Notes under the pieces: model-generated | The model's input: the letters and a program-made list of their open reading frames with translations, nothing else | What the model was told of the DNA's origin: nothing | Database searches by the model: none | Program-made: the position numbers and the translations under genes | Shown: positions 42,552-51,487 of the stretch, in pieces | Layout of the letters: each line of letters opens with the position of its first letter | How positions within the stretch are numbered: position 1 is the stretch's first letter | Assembly: GCA_031414775.1 (NCBI GenBank) | Contig: JANOQI010000048.1 | Span: 45,232-109,231 of the forward strand | DNA length: 64,000 nt | From: Synechococcales cyanobacterium VAR_4_metabat_354 | Lineage (GTDB): Bacteria > Cyanobacteriota > Cyanobacteriia > Cyanobacteriales > Chamaesiphonaceae | Reading direction: 5' to 3'

Positions 42552-43484
42552 TTATTTAGGTGTTTCCAAAGATTCTTTGATAGCGACCATCGGCTTTTCG
42601 CCAACACGGCGCAAAACTTCAATTCCAGCTTCTTCTAGGACCACGATCGGAGCAATTGCTGTCCGATCTTGAACGCGCTTAATCAGCACCTTACCATTCA
42701 GAACCTTTTCACCAACAGAAATATAACGACTAAATGATTCACCAGGTAGCTTCACAATCACTTGGGTTTGACCATTGATCTCAGAAAACCCAGAGACTTG
42801 AATCGCCTGAGCTAATTCCGGCACAATAGCTGGCTTTACTGCGGGCGGGTTCAACAGCGCCGTTTTGACGGGCACCAGGGGAGCTACCGCTGGAATACTA
42901 CTAACCGTTGCTGTAACACCAGGTTTAACCTGGGGATTACTGGCAATAGATTTAGAAGCAATTGCTGATTTCTTAGTCATCATGTCGGCAATACTGGCAA
43001 CGCCTAAATTAGAACCCAACTTACGATTAGTAATACCCAAATTGTTACCGGATCTAACGCTAGGGTCAGATGCCGTTGCTGGCTGAGACGTAATACTATT
43101 TGACCCGGCCGGTCTCACCGATTGCAAGGCAACTCGCTGGACAACAGGCTGGGCAATGACTGCTGCAAAAGGATCAACTCGTCCTTTAGAGACAGCCTTA
43201 GTCACAGTTTCGGTGTCTGATGCTGGAATTAGGCCAGCCGCAATATCAGCACTAAAATTAGGCTGAGAGCCAGTGTTTTTAGTCTCGACAGCTAAAGCCG
43301 TTAACGATACTGGTGGAGGGCTAGCCACGGCTAAGGGGGTGGCGCTAGGAGCCGGGACGACAGCGCTGGCAGTAGGACTGAGAGAAGCACTATTACTAGG
43401 TTTAGGCGCATCACCACCGCAACCCGAAACTAACAATGAAAGACAGCCAAAAGTAATAAAATAAGAGAGAGAGTTGGGTGACAC
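42552..43484 (-). CDS. lipoprotein with PilP/GspC-like C-terminal domain
   Basis: Lipobox LVSGC, low-complexity linker, GRVDPF motif, C-terminal beta-rich SRYISVGEKVLNGKVLIKRV. Confidence 0.7.
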   Translation of the reverse strand: MSPNSLSYFITFGCLSLLVSGCGGDAPKPSNSASLSPTASAVVPAPSATPLAVASPPPVSLTALAVETKNTGSQPNFSADIAAGLIPASDTETVTKAVSKGRVDPFAAVIAQPVVQRVALQSVRPAGSNSITSQPATASDPSVRSGNNLGITNRKLGSNLGVASIADMMTKKSAIASKSIASNPQVKPGVTATVSSIPAVAPLVPVKTALLNPPAVKPAIVPELAQAIQVSGFSEINGQTQVIVKLPGESFSRYISVGEKVLNGKVLIKRVQDRTAIAPIVVLEEAGIEVLRRVGEKPMVAIKESLETPK

Positions 43485-43659
43485 TTGCTACCGCCTGCTA
43501 GTTATAGTTGCTAATCAATGATGAAATTCATCATTGGCAGAGAGTTCGAGAAAAGATTATTTATTTAGAGATAATTCGCATTCTATGGAGCGGCGTTTTA
43601 GATAAAACTAGCCGTTAGAGTTATTATTCCCATCGTGAACGTAACAATTATCATTGCTG

Positions 43660-44535
43660 TTAATTGTTTTCATTGAAAAAAGATTGGAGCAGACCAACAC
43701 CTTTTTTGACATGTCGAGAAACAGTGATTACGCTAATGTCCATCTTCTCAGCCACTTGTTTTTGAGTTAGGTCGTAAAAGAAAACAAATTCAATAATTTG
43801 TCGGGTGTGTTGTTCCAAAGTTACTAACCCTTGCTTCAGGCGCTGCTGGTCATCTTCTGGCAGCTGAAAGCTCCGATATTGTTGATCTGGCAAAATATCC
43901 AGCATACAACAACCTTCTTCATTGCCCACTGGACAGTCCAAACTGACCGGCTGACGGTTTTGTTGAGCCATCCGCACTTCTTGCCATTCTGTTACCGAAA
44001 TTTCTAATGCTTGAGCAATTTCTTGTTCCGAGGGCAGCCGTTGGTGTTGGACTTGAAAACTTTGATTAACGGCACTGGCTTTTTGTAAAAGCTCCGACCA
44101 GCGTCGGGGTACCCGCACGATCGAACTCTTGTCCCGGAGATAATGCTGAATTTCGCCCCGAATATAGGGCATTGCAAAGGTACTAAAAGCATATCCCTTA
44201 GCTAAATCAAACTTGTCGATCGCCGCAATTAGTCCGATCGATCCAACTTGTAGCAAGTCCTCATAACTTTCTTGGCACTGACTAGCCCAGTAGTGCGATT
44301 CCTTCCGCACTAGGCCAAGATTTAGCCGGACAATCTGCTCCCGCAAAGATGAACGACCAGACTGCCGATAAGCCCTCAATAGTTCTAGTGTTTGTTGCTT
44401 AATTTCTCCGGAGGACTCTGCTTTAGATTCTTTGGCTGGTGACCGGTCGAGGCCAGCTGTCGCAAAGCGAGCTGGTTGCTTCTCTAGCAAAGAAGTCGCA
44501 CCAACGGTGTCTGGATACGCCAATGTATTGATCAT
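43660..44535 (-). CDS. sigF: group 3 RNA polymerase sigma factor, SigF type
   Basis: LNLGLVRKE, YEDLLQVGSIGLI, PYIRGEIQHYLRDK, LTQKQVA HTH. Confidence 0.88.
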   Translation of the reverse strand: MINTLAYPDTVGATSLLEKQPARFATAGLDRSPAKESKAESSGEIKQQTLELLRAYRQSGRSSLREQIVRLNLGLVRKESHYWASQCQESYEDLLQVGSIGLIAAIDKFDLAKGYAFSTFAMPYIRGEIQHYLRDKSSIVRVPRRWSELLQKASAVNQSFQVQHQRLPSEQEIAQALEISVTEWQEVRMAQQNRQPVSLDCPVGNEEGCCMLDILPDQQYRSFQLPEDDQQRLKQGLVTLEQHTRQIIEFVFFYDLTQKQVAEKMDISVITVSRHVKKGVGLLQSFFNENN

Positions 44536-44757
44536 TAACTGCTTACAATCCCTAAATTAATTGAGATACTTCGGTATCTCTAAAGTTAAAATTCACGAAA
44601 ATCATCTAAAAAATTCTTGGCCGCACCTTTTTCAAACATTCCCAAGTCATTATTAATAATCAAATATTGATTGATAAAACTGTCATTATTCAGTAGATTT
44701 ACTGATAACTAGGCGACTGGTAATCACCCGGCATTGACCATATTGTCGGGCTTGCAT

Positions 44758-44780
44758 AAAAAAACGGCCGTGATGGCCGT
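44758..44780 (-). terminator. intrinsic terminator after the lipase gene
   Basis: Minus strand ACGGCC-ATCAC-GGCCGT followed by a T tract. Confidence 0.7.
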
Positions 44781-44830
44781 AGAGTGTTTTTGATGATTTT
44801 GATCACTGACTTTTTGATTTGGGGTTATTT

Positions 44831-45424
44831 CTAAGTGTTAATACCCAATGCTGTTAGCACTGCTGTAATACTGCGTTGATCTTTCACCATCCAGGGATGA
44901 ATCGCAACTGGCAGTTGGACTTCTTTTCCTACGCCTAGCTGCGAACTAGCCGGCGGCAGAATAATTAGATCAAAAGGAGTCCAAATTGAGGTGAATTTGA
45001 CTTGAGCCAGTATTTGCACATCCTGCTGGAGATCTTGGATAAAAGCACTATCTGGACGCATCTGGACACAACCAGGTCTTTGGGTGAAGTAAGCCGCTAG
45101 CGTTCCTTGATGGGGAGTGGCAATGGTAACGTAATGTTCGACTCGCTCGACTCCACCCAAGCGCTGCATATAGTATCGTGTCACCAGCCCGCCCATACTA
45201 AAACCAATCAAATCGAATTTTTGGGGAGCTGGAATATGATCATCAATAAATTCTTGCAGCTGGCTAGCCGATACTTCCAGCAGGGCAGTACCATCGTTGG
45301 GCCTTAGATCAATGCTATGGACTGGTCGGCCTAAACTACGCAGGCAGTTAGTGATCGATCGAAGTTTAGCGCTGGTATCATTGATGCCATGCACCAAGAC
45401 AACCGGATTAATAGCGTTAGACAT
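44831..45424 (-). CDS. alpha/beta-hydrolase lipase (Lipase_2 type)
   Basis: PVVLVHGI, GFSMGG nucleophile elbow, TPHQGT, His in IHPWM. Confidence 0.9.
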   Translation of the reverse strand: MSNAINPVVLVHGINDTSAKLRSITNCLRSLGRPVHSIDLRPNDGTALLEVSASQLQEFIDDHIPAPQKFDLIGFSMGGLVTRYYMQRLGGVERVEHYVTIATPHQGTLAAYFTQRPGCVQMRPDSAFIQDLQQDVQILAQVKFTSIWTPFDLIILPPASSQLGVGKEVQLPVAIHPWMVKDQRSITAVLTALGINT

Positions 45425-45615
45425 TGTGCAAAAGCCTAGTCAGTACCTTAAATAAAATCATAAGATCGATCGAACACCATTTTTAAGTAGATCTACTACC
45501 ATTATGAACTTTTGTAAAAGTTTGGGAGGGCAACTTGCCACCCACTCCCAGCGCCACTGATAATTCAGTTGCATAAGGATGACTAGGCCACCTATCTAAA
45601 AATTAATTAATCAAT

Positions 45616-46089
45616 ATGTTTAAAAGATTATTCGGTAAGAAAAACGATGGCTTCTACATGCAAGCTGACGAGTCCAAAGCTCCAGCTTCAGTAGAGAAAG
45701 TAGCAGTAGCTCCCAAAGCGACAGCTCCAGCGGCAGAAAAAAAAGTAGAAAAAGTAGCAGATGAAGCTCCCGTAGAAACGAAAGCGGCACCCGTTGCGGA
45801 AAAGGCTGAAACAGCAGCGGAAGAGTCACCGAAAGCTACCAAAACATCCATTAAAGATAAAAAGAAAGCAAAAGGCGAAAAGAAGGCAAATCCAACTGTC
45901 GAACTAGTCGCGATCGAAACCGTAGCAGCTTCAGAGCCAGCCATTACTAATTTTGCAACCGACTATCTGATCAAGCCCTCCAGCAACAGCAACCGGCGCC
46001 GGCCAGGAGCCAACATGAAACAATTTATGGATATGGCGAGACAGGTTGAAATCAAGAAAAGTCCTGGCCAACGCGCCAAGAATAACTAG
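45616..46089 (+). CDS. Lys/Ala/Glu-rich conserved cyanobacterial protein
   Basis: Low-complexity core; RRRPGANMKQFMDMAR tail. Confidence 0.75.
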   Translation: MFKRLFGKKNDGFYMQADESKAPASVEKVAVAPKATAPAAEKKVEKVADEAPVETKAAPVAEKAETAAEESPKATKTSIKDKKKAKGEKKANPTVELVAIETVAASEPAITNFATDYLIKPSSNSNRRRPGANMKQFMDMARQVEIKKSPGQRAKNN

Positions 46090-46910
46090 TTTAAATTGCT
46101 AAACCTATTATTAATCTGCTCTTTAATAAATACCAAACTACTGTACATCTGAAAAGCTTGATCCCATAAGCTATTGTCCCGCCGCCTTAACGGCACATGT
46201 GCCGTAATTTTTCGCAGCATTTCCGGATAAGCCAGCGCCGTCTCCGCAAAAGGAGTAAAATCACTCCAGATTTTGGCCTGGCTTTTTTTTACGTGAATCT
46301 GGCTCAGTAGATGCTGCCAATTTTCTCGACTAGTAAGAGACACCAGTCTGTCACCTACATTTTTTTGAAAAGAATAGTTTTGGTTGCAGAACCGCAAAAT
46401 TAAATTTTTACCAGGAATGTGTAGATCGCACATTTGGACATAATCTAGAACTTGCGATTTATGGCGAATATTGGTGTGAGTAGTACTAGCACTAACCTCT
46501 GTGATTTCTTCAAAAATTGGGAGTAGACCGGTCACAATTTGATTGACTTCAGACCAGGCAAAACCCATCCGCAATTCTTCACCATGTTCACTCGCACAGT
46601 TGAAAATAGCCTGGGGTCCAAATTCTTCAATTAGTTTGACGCTAACCACTGTCATCTTTTGTAATGAGCTGAGCGCTACACAAAAACTGGGAATGTATGC
46701 CTGTTGTAATTGCTGATGATAAAAATTCAATTCCTCCATATTGCCGAGGCGATACAGTCGCCAGCCGCGACTAGGTAGATGAAGACGGGCGGTATAAGCG
46801 TCTAGCTGCATGATCTGTGCTAGTTGTTTAGCCATTGCTGGTTTTTCTTCGGCACTAACTGGTTCCAAAATCAGCAACCCTGGCTCATCACCACCAGTTT
46901 GTTCAAACAT
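46086..46910 (-). CDS. hypothetical protein
   Basis: 274-aa ORF; YTARLHLPSRGWRLYR and WDQAFQMYSSL resemble a cyanobacterial family. Confidence 0.7.
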   Translation of the reverse strand: MFEQTGGDEPGLLILEPVSAEEKPAMAKQLAQIMQLDAYTARLHLPSRGWRLYRLGNMEELNFYHQQLQQAYIPSFCVALSSLQKMTVVSVKLIEEFGPQAIFNCASEHGEELRMGFAWSEVNQIVTGLLPIFEEITEVSASTTHTNIRHKSQVLDYVQMCDLHIPGKNLILRFCNQNYSFQKNVGDRLVSLTSRENWQHLLSQIHVKKSQAKIWSDFTPFAETALAYPEMLRKITAHVPLRRRDNSLWDQAFQMYSSLVFIKEQINNRFSNLN

Positions 46911-47037
46911 ACATCTACTAAATATATACAGCCTTACAAATCAATACTTCCCAAAAACTATTTGTGACTAACTCTCCTCCAAAAAAACTGTGTTAGCATC
47001 AAGCCAAAGCATCATAATTCAAGGTCACAATCCCTCT

Positions 47038-47535
47038 ATGAGTAAGGTTTTAGTGTTAAATGCTTCATACGAACCATTAAATATTACTAGTTGGCGGCGA
47101 GCAGTAATTTTAATGCTCAAAGATAAAGCCGAAGGATTAGAACATCATGGCAAATATTTGCTGGCGGACTTGCCCCTACCGACAGTCATTAGGCTCCGTC
47201 ACTATGTCAATATCCCATATCAAGAGATTCCGCTGTCTCGCAAAAATGTCCTGAATCGCGATCGACATTGTTGTCAGTACTGCCGCTACAGTGGTGCCGC
47301 CCTAACGATCGATCACATCGTCCCTCGATCGCGCGGCGGCCTAGACAGTTGGGAAAATTTGGCCACTGCTTGCATGCGTTGCAATGTCCGTAAGGGTAAC
47401 CGGACCCCACGGGAAGCGGGAATGGAGCTGCTAACCTCTCCCCGTCAGCCATACAGTAGTTTATATTTTGAACTTACCAAGCAAATCGAAAACGGTAAAC
47501 ACATAGAGTGGCAAAAATATGTGATCGGGGCTTAA
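47038..47535 (+). CDS. HNH endonuclease (McrA-like conserved family)
   Basis: VLVLNASYEPL, RDRHCCQYC, TIDHIVPRSRGG, ACMRCNVRKG. Confidence 0.93.
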   Translation: MSKVLVLNASYEPLNITSWRRAVILMLKDKAEGLEHHGKYLLADLPLPTVIRLRHYVNIPYQEIPLSRKNVLNRDRHCCQYCRYSGAALTIDHIVPRSRGGLDSWENLATACMRCNVRKGNRTPREAGMELLTSPRQPYSSLYFELTKQIENGKHIEWQKYVIGA

Positions 47536-47853
47536 CAAAAAGCTGAAGTATTCAAAATATTTCAGTATGCTTTTCCGTATTTCTGGGGATTGCGAATTGA
47601 GAAACATTTAGGTAGCATGGACGCAGATAAATCAATCACCGTCATGAATAATATTTGACTAATGATAAAGTATTAGATCGTAATGGCCGAACTGTGTTTT
47701 ATAGCAATCCGTTAACAGAATTGATAAAATATCAGTGATGTTGGACGTTGATTGTAAATCACAGCAGAATCTCAAAATTCACTTTGTATTTACTCCTGTT
47801 GCTAAATAATAATGGCTCCAGAGTACTTAACATAGCAAAACACCTTGGATAAA

Positions 47854-49143
47854 ATGTCATTAAACTCAGTTCATTCCACGTATGGTGCATCGGCGATTGC
47901 TGCTCCGCTTCCTCTGGGTAACTTGTCAGAATTACATGAACTAGCTGGTCAAGATCCAACTCCACGCAATCTAGAAACAGCTGACGGCGAAGTTGCCGCA
48001 GTGACAACTCTTAAACACACTGCTGAGCCATCTTTGATCGAAGTAATGGATAGTCGAATTGTGGGCTTCCGAGCTTGTTTGGAAAAGCATCGCGGTGAAC
48101 GACAACTGGTACTGCTCCAAGATTTCCCCGATCCTGATGCTCTGTCTGGGTCTTGGGCTTACCAACTAATTGCTAAGCAATACAATATTCAGTGTGACTT
48201 GGTATACGCTGGAACGCTCAGTCATCAAGAAAATATTGCACTGGTCAAATTAACTGGTTTACCAGCCAAGCGCTGGCCACTCAGTAGCATTAAAGAAAAA
48301 GACCTATCTGTTTATCAAGGCTGTGTCTTGATCGATAATCAGGGCACCACTTGCCAACTGTTGGAACTGATTCAACAAGCGGGCATTCCGATTACGGTGA
48401 TTATCGATCATCACAGTCAGCAAGATGAGTTGTCAGCAGAGTTTACCGATATCCGGCCTTCTACTCGGGCAACGGCTACGATTCTTACCCAGTACATAGA
48501 GGCTGGCTTACTCAAGCTAGACAGCAGTATCAGCGACCATGTGAAGTGTGCTACGGCCTTGATGCATGGGTTGCGATCGGACACTAACCGACTAATGCAA
48601 GCTCAAGAAGAAGACTTTCGAGCGGCTGGTTATTTGAGTCGCTTCTATGATTCCCAGCTACTCAATGCCGTGCTGCAAGTCTATCGTTCCAAACGGGTCA
48701 TGGAAGTCATTCAGAAATCGCTTACTAACCGGGTGCTACTCAATAATTTCTCCATCGCTGGTGTCGGCTACCTACGTTATGACGATCGGGATGCCATTCC
48801 CCAAGCTGCGGACTTTTTGGTCACCGAAGAAAATGTGCACACAGCGGTGGTCTATGGCATTGTTCACGACGATGAAGGTGAAATGGAGATCATCATCGGT
48901 TCCCTCCGCACTTCCAAGCTCACCCTGGATCCAGACGAATTCATTAAAGAAGCCTTTGGTCGCGATTGCCAAGGTCGGTTCTTTGGTGGCGGTCGGTTTA
49001 CCGCCGGCGGCTTTGAAATCCCCGCTGGTTTCTTAGGTGGCTTTAACGAAAACTCAGATTTCGCCAGAATGAAGTGGGAAGTTTTTGACAATCAAGTCAA
49101 GCAAAAATTGGGTAAACTGGTGAATCCCACCGATCATATTTAA
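47854..49143 (+). CDS. DHH-family phosphoesterase (NrnA-like)
   Basis: FPDPDAL, IIDHH, SDT, GGG motifs. Confidence 0.9.
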   Translation: MSLNSVHSTYGASAIAAPLPLGNLSELHELAGQDPTPRNLETADGEVAAVTTLKHTAEPSLIEVMDSRIVGFRACLEKHRGERQLVLLQDFPDPDALSGSWAYQLIAKQYNIQCDLVYAGTLSHQENIALVKLTGLPAKRWPLSSIKEKDLSVYQGCVLIDNQGTTCQLLELIQQAGIPITVIIDHHSQQDELSAEFTDIRPSTRATATILTQYIEAGLLKLDSSISDHVKCATALMHGLRSDTNRLMQAQEEDFRAAGYLSRFYDSQLLNAVLQVYRSKRVMEVIQKSLTNRVLLNNFSIAGVGYLRYDDRDAIPQAADFLVTEENVHTAVVYGIVHDDEGEMEIIIGSLRTSKLTLDPDEFIKEAFGRDCQGRFFGGGRFTAGGFEIPAGFLGGFNENSDFARMKWEVFDNQVKQKLGKLVNPTDHI

Positions 49144-49148
49144 AGATT

Positions 49149-49646
49149 ATGGAAATATATCTGATTCGTCACGGGATTGCCGTCGAAGCGGAAACCACAA
49201 TCAGTGACGACGATCGTTGGTTGACCAAACGAGGTGAAAAAAAAGTTCGGCAAGTTGCAGCTAGTCTGCGTAGTCTAGATTTAGAATTCGACATAATTCT
49301 CTCTAGCCCGTTGGTGCGATCCCAAAAAACAGCTGAGCTGCTAGTCAGTAAAGGCTTAAGCGAAACCTTAGAGCTTTATCCCGACCTATCACCAACTGGC
49401 AACCTAGACCATTGCATCCAGTGGCTCCAAGATTATCAGTTTCGACATCCTCTATCACAAAGTGTTGCCCTAGTTGGTCACGAGCCAAATTTAAGTAATT
49501 TAGCGGAGATGCTTTTATTTGATCAGATCTTTCAGCGCATTAAACTCAAAAAGGCTGGAATAATTGCTCTGCACTGGCCAGGAACAACTTCACCACTTAG
49601 CAACTGTCAGCTCAACTGGCTGATACCGCCCAAACTCTGGCTTTAG
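49149..49646 (+). CDS. sixA: phosphohistidine phosphatase SixA
   Basis: LIRHGIA, SSPLVR, VGHEP. Confidence 0.93.
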   Translation: MEIYLIRHGIAVEAETTISDDDRWLTKRGEKKVRQVAASLRSLDLEFDIILSSPLVRSQKTAELLVSKGLSETLELYPDLSPTGNLDHCIQWLQDYQFRHPLSQSVALVGHEPNLSNLAEMLLFDQIFQRIKLKKAGIIALHWPGTTSPLSNCQLNWLIPPKLWL

Positions 49647-49685
49647 GGATATAATTTTTTCATCGTGGATGTGGAGCGAAAACTT

Positions 49686-50822
49686 ATGGTTGGTAGCGAT
49701 TACAAACCTGGATTAGAAGGGGTAGCAGTTGCACAGTCGAGCATCAGCTATGTCAATGGTCAAGAAGGTATTCTGGAGTATCGCGGCATTCCCATCAGTG
49801 AGCTTGCCCATCGGAGTACTTTTATTGAAACCGCCTACCTATTAATTTGGAATAGGCTACCTAGCTCACTTGAATTAGCCGAGTTTGAGCAAGAAATTTA
49901 TTCGCATCGGCGAATTAAATACCGAATCAGAGACATGATGAAATGTTTCCCAGAAACAGGTCATCCGATGGATGCCTTGCAAGCTTCAGCTGCGGCCTTG
50001 GGTTTATTTTATTCGCGACGCGCCTTGACTGATCCAATTTATATTTGGGAAGCTGTCACCCGCTTACTGGCGAAGATTCCAACGATGGTAGCTGCCTTTC
50101 AATTAATGCGCAAAGGCAATGATCCAGTTTTGCCTCGGGATGACTTTGGTTATGCCGCGAATTTTTTGTACATGCTCACCGAAAAAGAGCCAGACCCATT
50201 GGCGGCTAGAGTTTTGGATATCTGTCTGATTCTTCATGCCGAGCACACCATCAATGCTTCTACATTTTCGGCAATGGTGACGGCTTCCACCTTGACCGAT
50301 CCCTATGCTGTCGTTGCTTCGGCCGTTGGGACATTAGCAGGTCCCTTGCATGGTGGTGCCAACGAGGATGTAATTGCTATGCTCGAAGAAATTGGGACAG
50401 TCGATCGAGTGCGTTCTTATGTGGAAGAATGCGTGGCTCAGAAGAAAAAAATCGTGGGCTTTGGCCACCGGGTTTACAAAGTAAAAGATCCCCGCGCGAT
50501 TATTCTGCAAGACTTAGCTGAGCAACTTTTTGCCAAGTTTGGCCATGACAAGTATTACGATATCGCCGTAGAGCTAGAAAGAGTTGTCGAAGAGTATTAT
50601 GGCCAGAAGGGAATTTATCCCAATGTTGATTTTTATTCGGGTTTGGTCTACCGCAAATTGGGTATTCCCGATGATCTGTTTACACCGGTCTTTGCGATCG
50701 CCAGAGTGGCGGGGTGGCTAGCCCACTGGAAAGAACAGCTGGGCGAGAATCGTATCTTTAGACCGACTCAGATTTATACCGGTGGTCATGGACTGTCTTA
50801 TCAATCGATCGAAGAGCGATAG
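49686..50822 (+). CDS. gltA: citrate synthase
   Basis: PGLEGV, HAEHTINAS, GPLHGGANE, GFGHRVYK, YPNVDFYSG. Confidence 0.98.
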   Translation: MVGSDYKPGLEGVAVAQSSISYVNGQEGILEYRGIPISELAHRSTFIETAYLLIWNRLPSSLELAEFEQEIYSHRRIKYRIRDMMKCFPETGHPMDALQASAAALGLFYSRRALTDPIYIWEAVTRLLAKIPTMVAAFQLMRKGNDPVLPRDDFGYAANFLYMLTEKEPDPLAARVLDICLILHAEHTINASTFSAMVTASTLTDPYAVVASAVGTLAGPLHGGANEDVIAMLEEIGTVDRVRSYVEECVAQKKKIVGFGHRVYKVKDPRAIILQDLAEQLFAKFGHDKYYDIAVELERVVEEYYGQKGIYPNVDFYSGLVYRKLGIPDDLFTPVFAIARVAGWLAHWKEQLGENRIFRPTQIYTGGHGLSYQSIEER

Positions 50823-50892
50823 CTCTTGCCGAGACGCAATAGGTCATGCTATCCTTACAAAGGTGCACTAGGAAATAGTTCATCCCGAGCTT

Positions 50893-50981
50893 GGAGAGGT
50901 GGCTGAGTGGTCGAAAGCGGCCGATTGCTAATCTGTTATACGGTGTAAGCCGTATCGAGGGTTCGAATCCCTCCCTCTCCG
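50893..50981 (+). tRNA. tRNA-Ser(GCT)
   Basis: GGAGAGG/CCTCTCC acceptor, TGAGTGGTCGAAAG D-arm, TTGCTAA anticodon loop, long variable arm, GGTTCGAATCC. Confidence 0.95.
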
Positions 50982-50988
50982 CTTTAAT

Positions 50989-51016
50989 AAAACCCTGGCT
51001 ACGAAGTCAGGGTTTT
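50989..51016 (+). terminator. intrinsic terminator after tRNA-Ser
   Basis: AAAACCCTGGCT-ACGA-AGTCAGGGTTTT. Confidence 0.8.
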
Positions 51017-51148
51017 GTGTTGGCAAGCCAGATTTTTTCAGCGAAATTTGATAAATTTCTACATCAATTCACCACTTTTGAGACAGGTTCGCTTAAATTA
51101 GGATTATATTCCACGGATTTTTAGGCTTCACCCGATCGAGGAAATAAC

Positions 51149-51487
51149 ATGGATCATGAAAACCCGCCCAACCGCTCCTCTAGTAGTGATTTAGTGCCCC
51201 AAGTGCCCATGAAACGCGAAAATGAAGTAGATGAAATCAAGCAAGCTACCAAAAAACTGATGGGTGCCCTGGGTCGGTTGGCTCAGAACAAGGCGCGTTC
51301 CGCCCGCGACCTTTCTCAAGATGCTTACCAAGAAATTGAGCATTCGGTACAAGTAGCCAAGTCAAAGGCTGATCAAAAGCTAAAAACCGTCAAGAAGGAT
51401 GTTGGAACTGCCGACAATCGTTTTACGAAGGCCGCCAAAGCAGCCTGGGACGCTTTGTCTGCGCCCCATTCTAAAGATCAAGATTAA
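51149..51487 (+). CDS. small helical hydrophilic protein
   Basis: GAGG RBS; ends KAAKAAWDAL; convergent 4-nt overlap with the amylase gene. Confidence 0.7.
   Translation: MDHENPPNRSSSSDLVPQVPMKRENEVDEIKQATKKLMGALGRLAQNKARSARDLSQDAYQEIEHSVQVAKSKADQKLKTVKKDVGTADNRFTKAAKAAWDALSAPHSKDQD

Noticed and set aside
47038..47535. HNH nuclease as a mobile or defence gene
   Set aside because: Matches a widespread stand-alone conserved HNH family; no partner genes or mobility signs nearby.
50891..51124. 77-aa ORF
   Set aside because: It is a translation of tRNA-Ser and its terminator.
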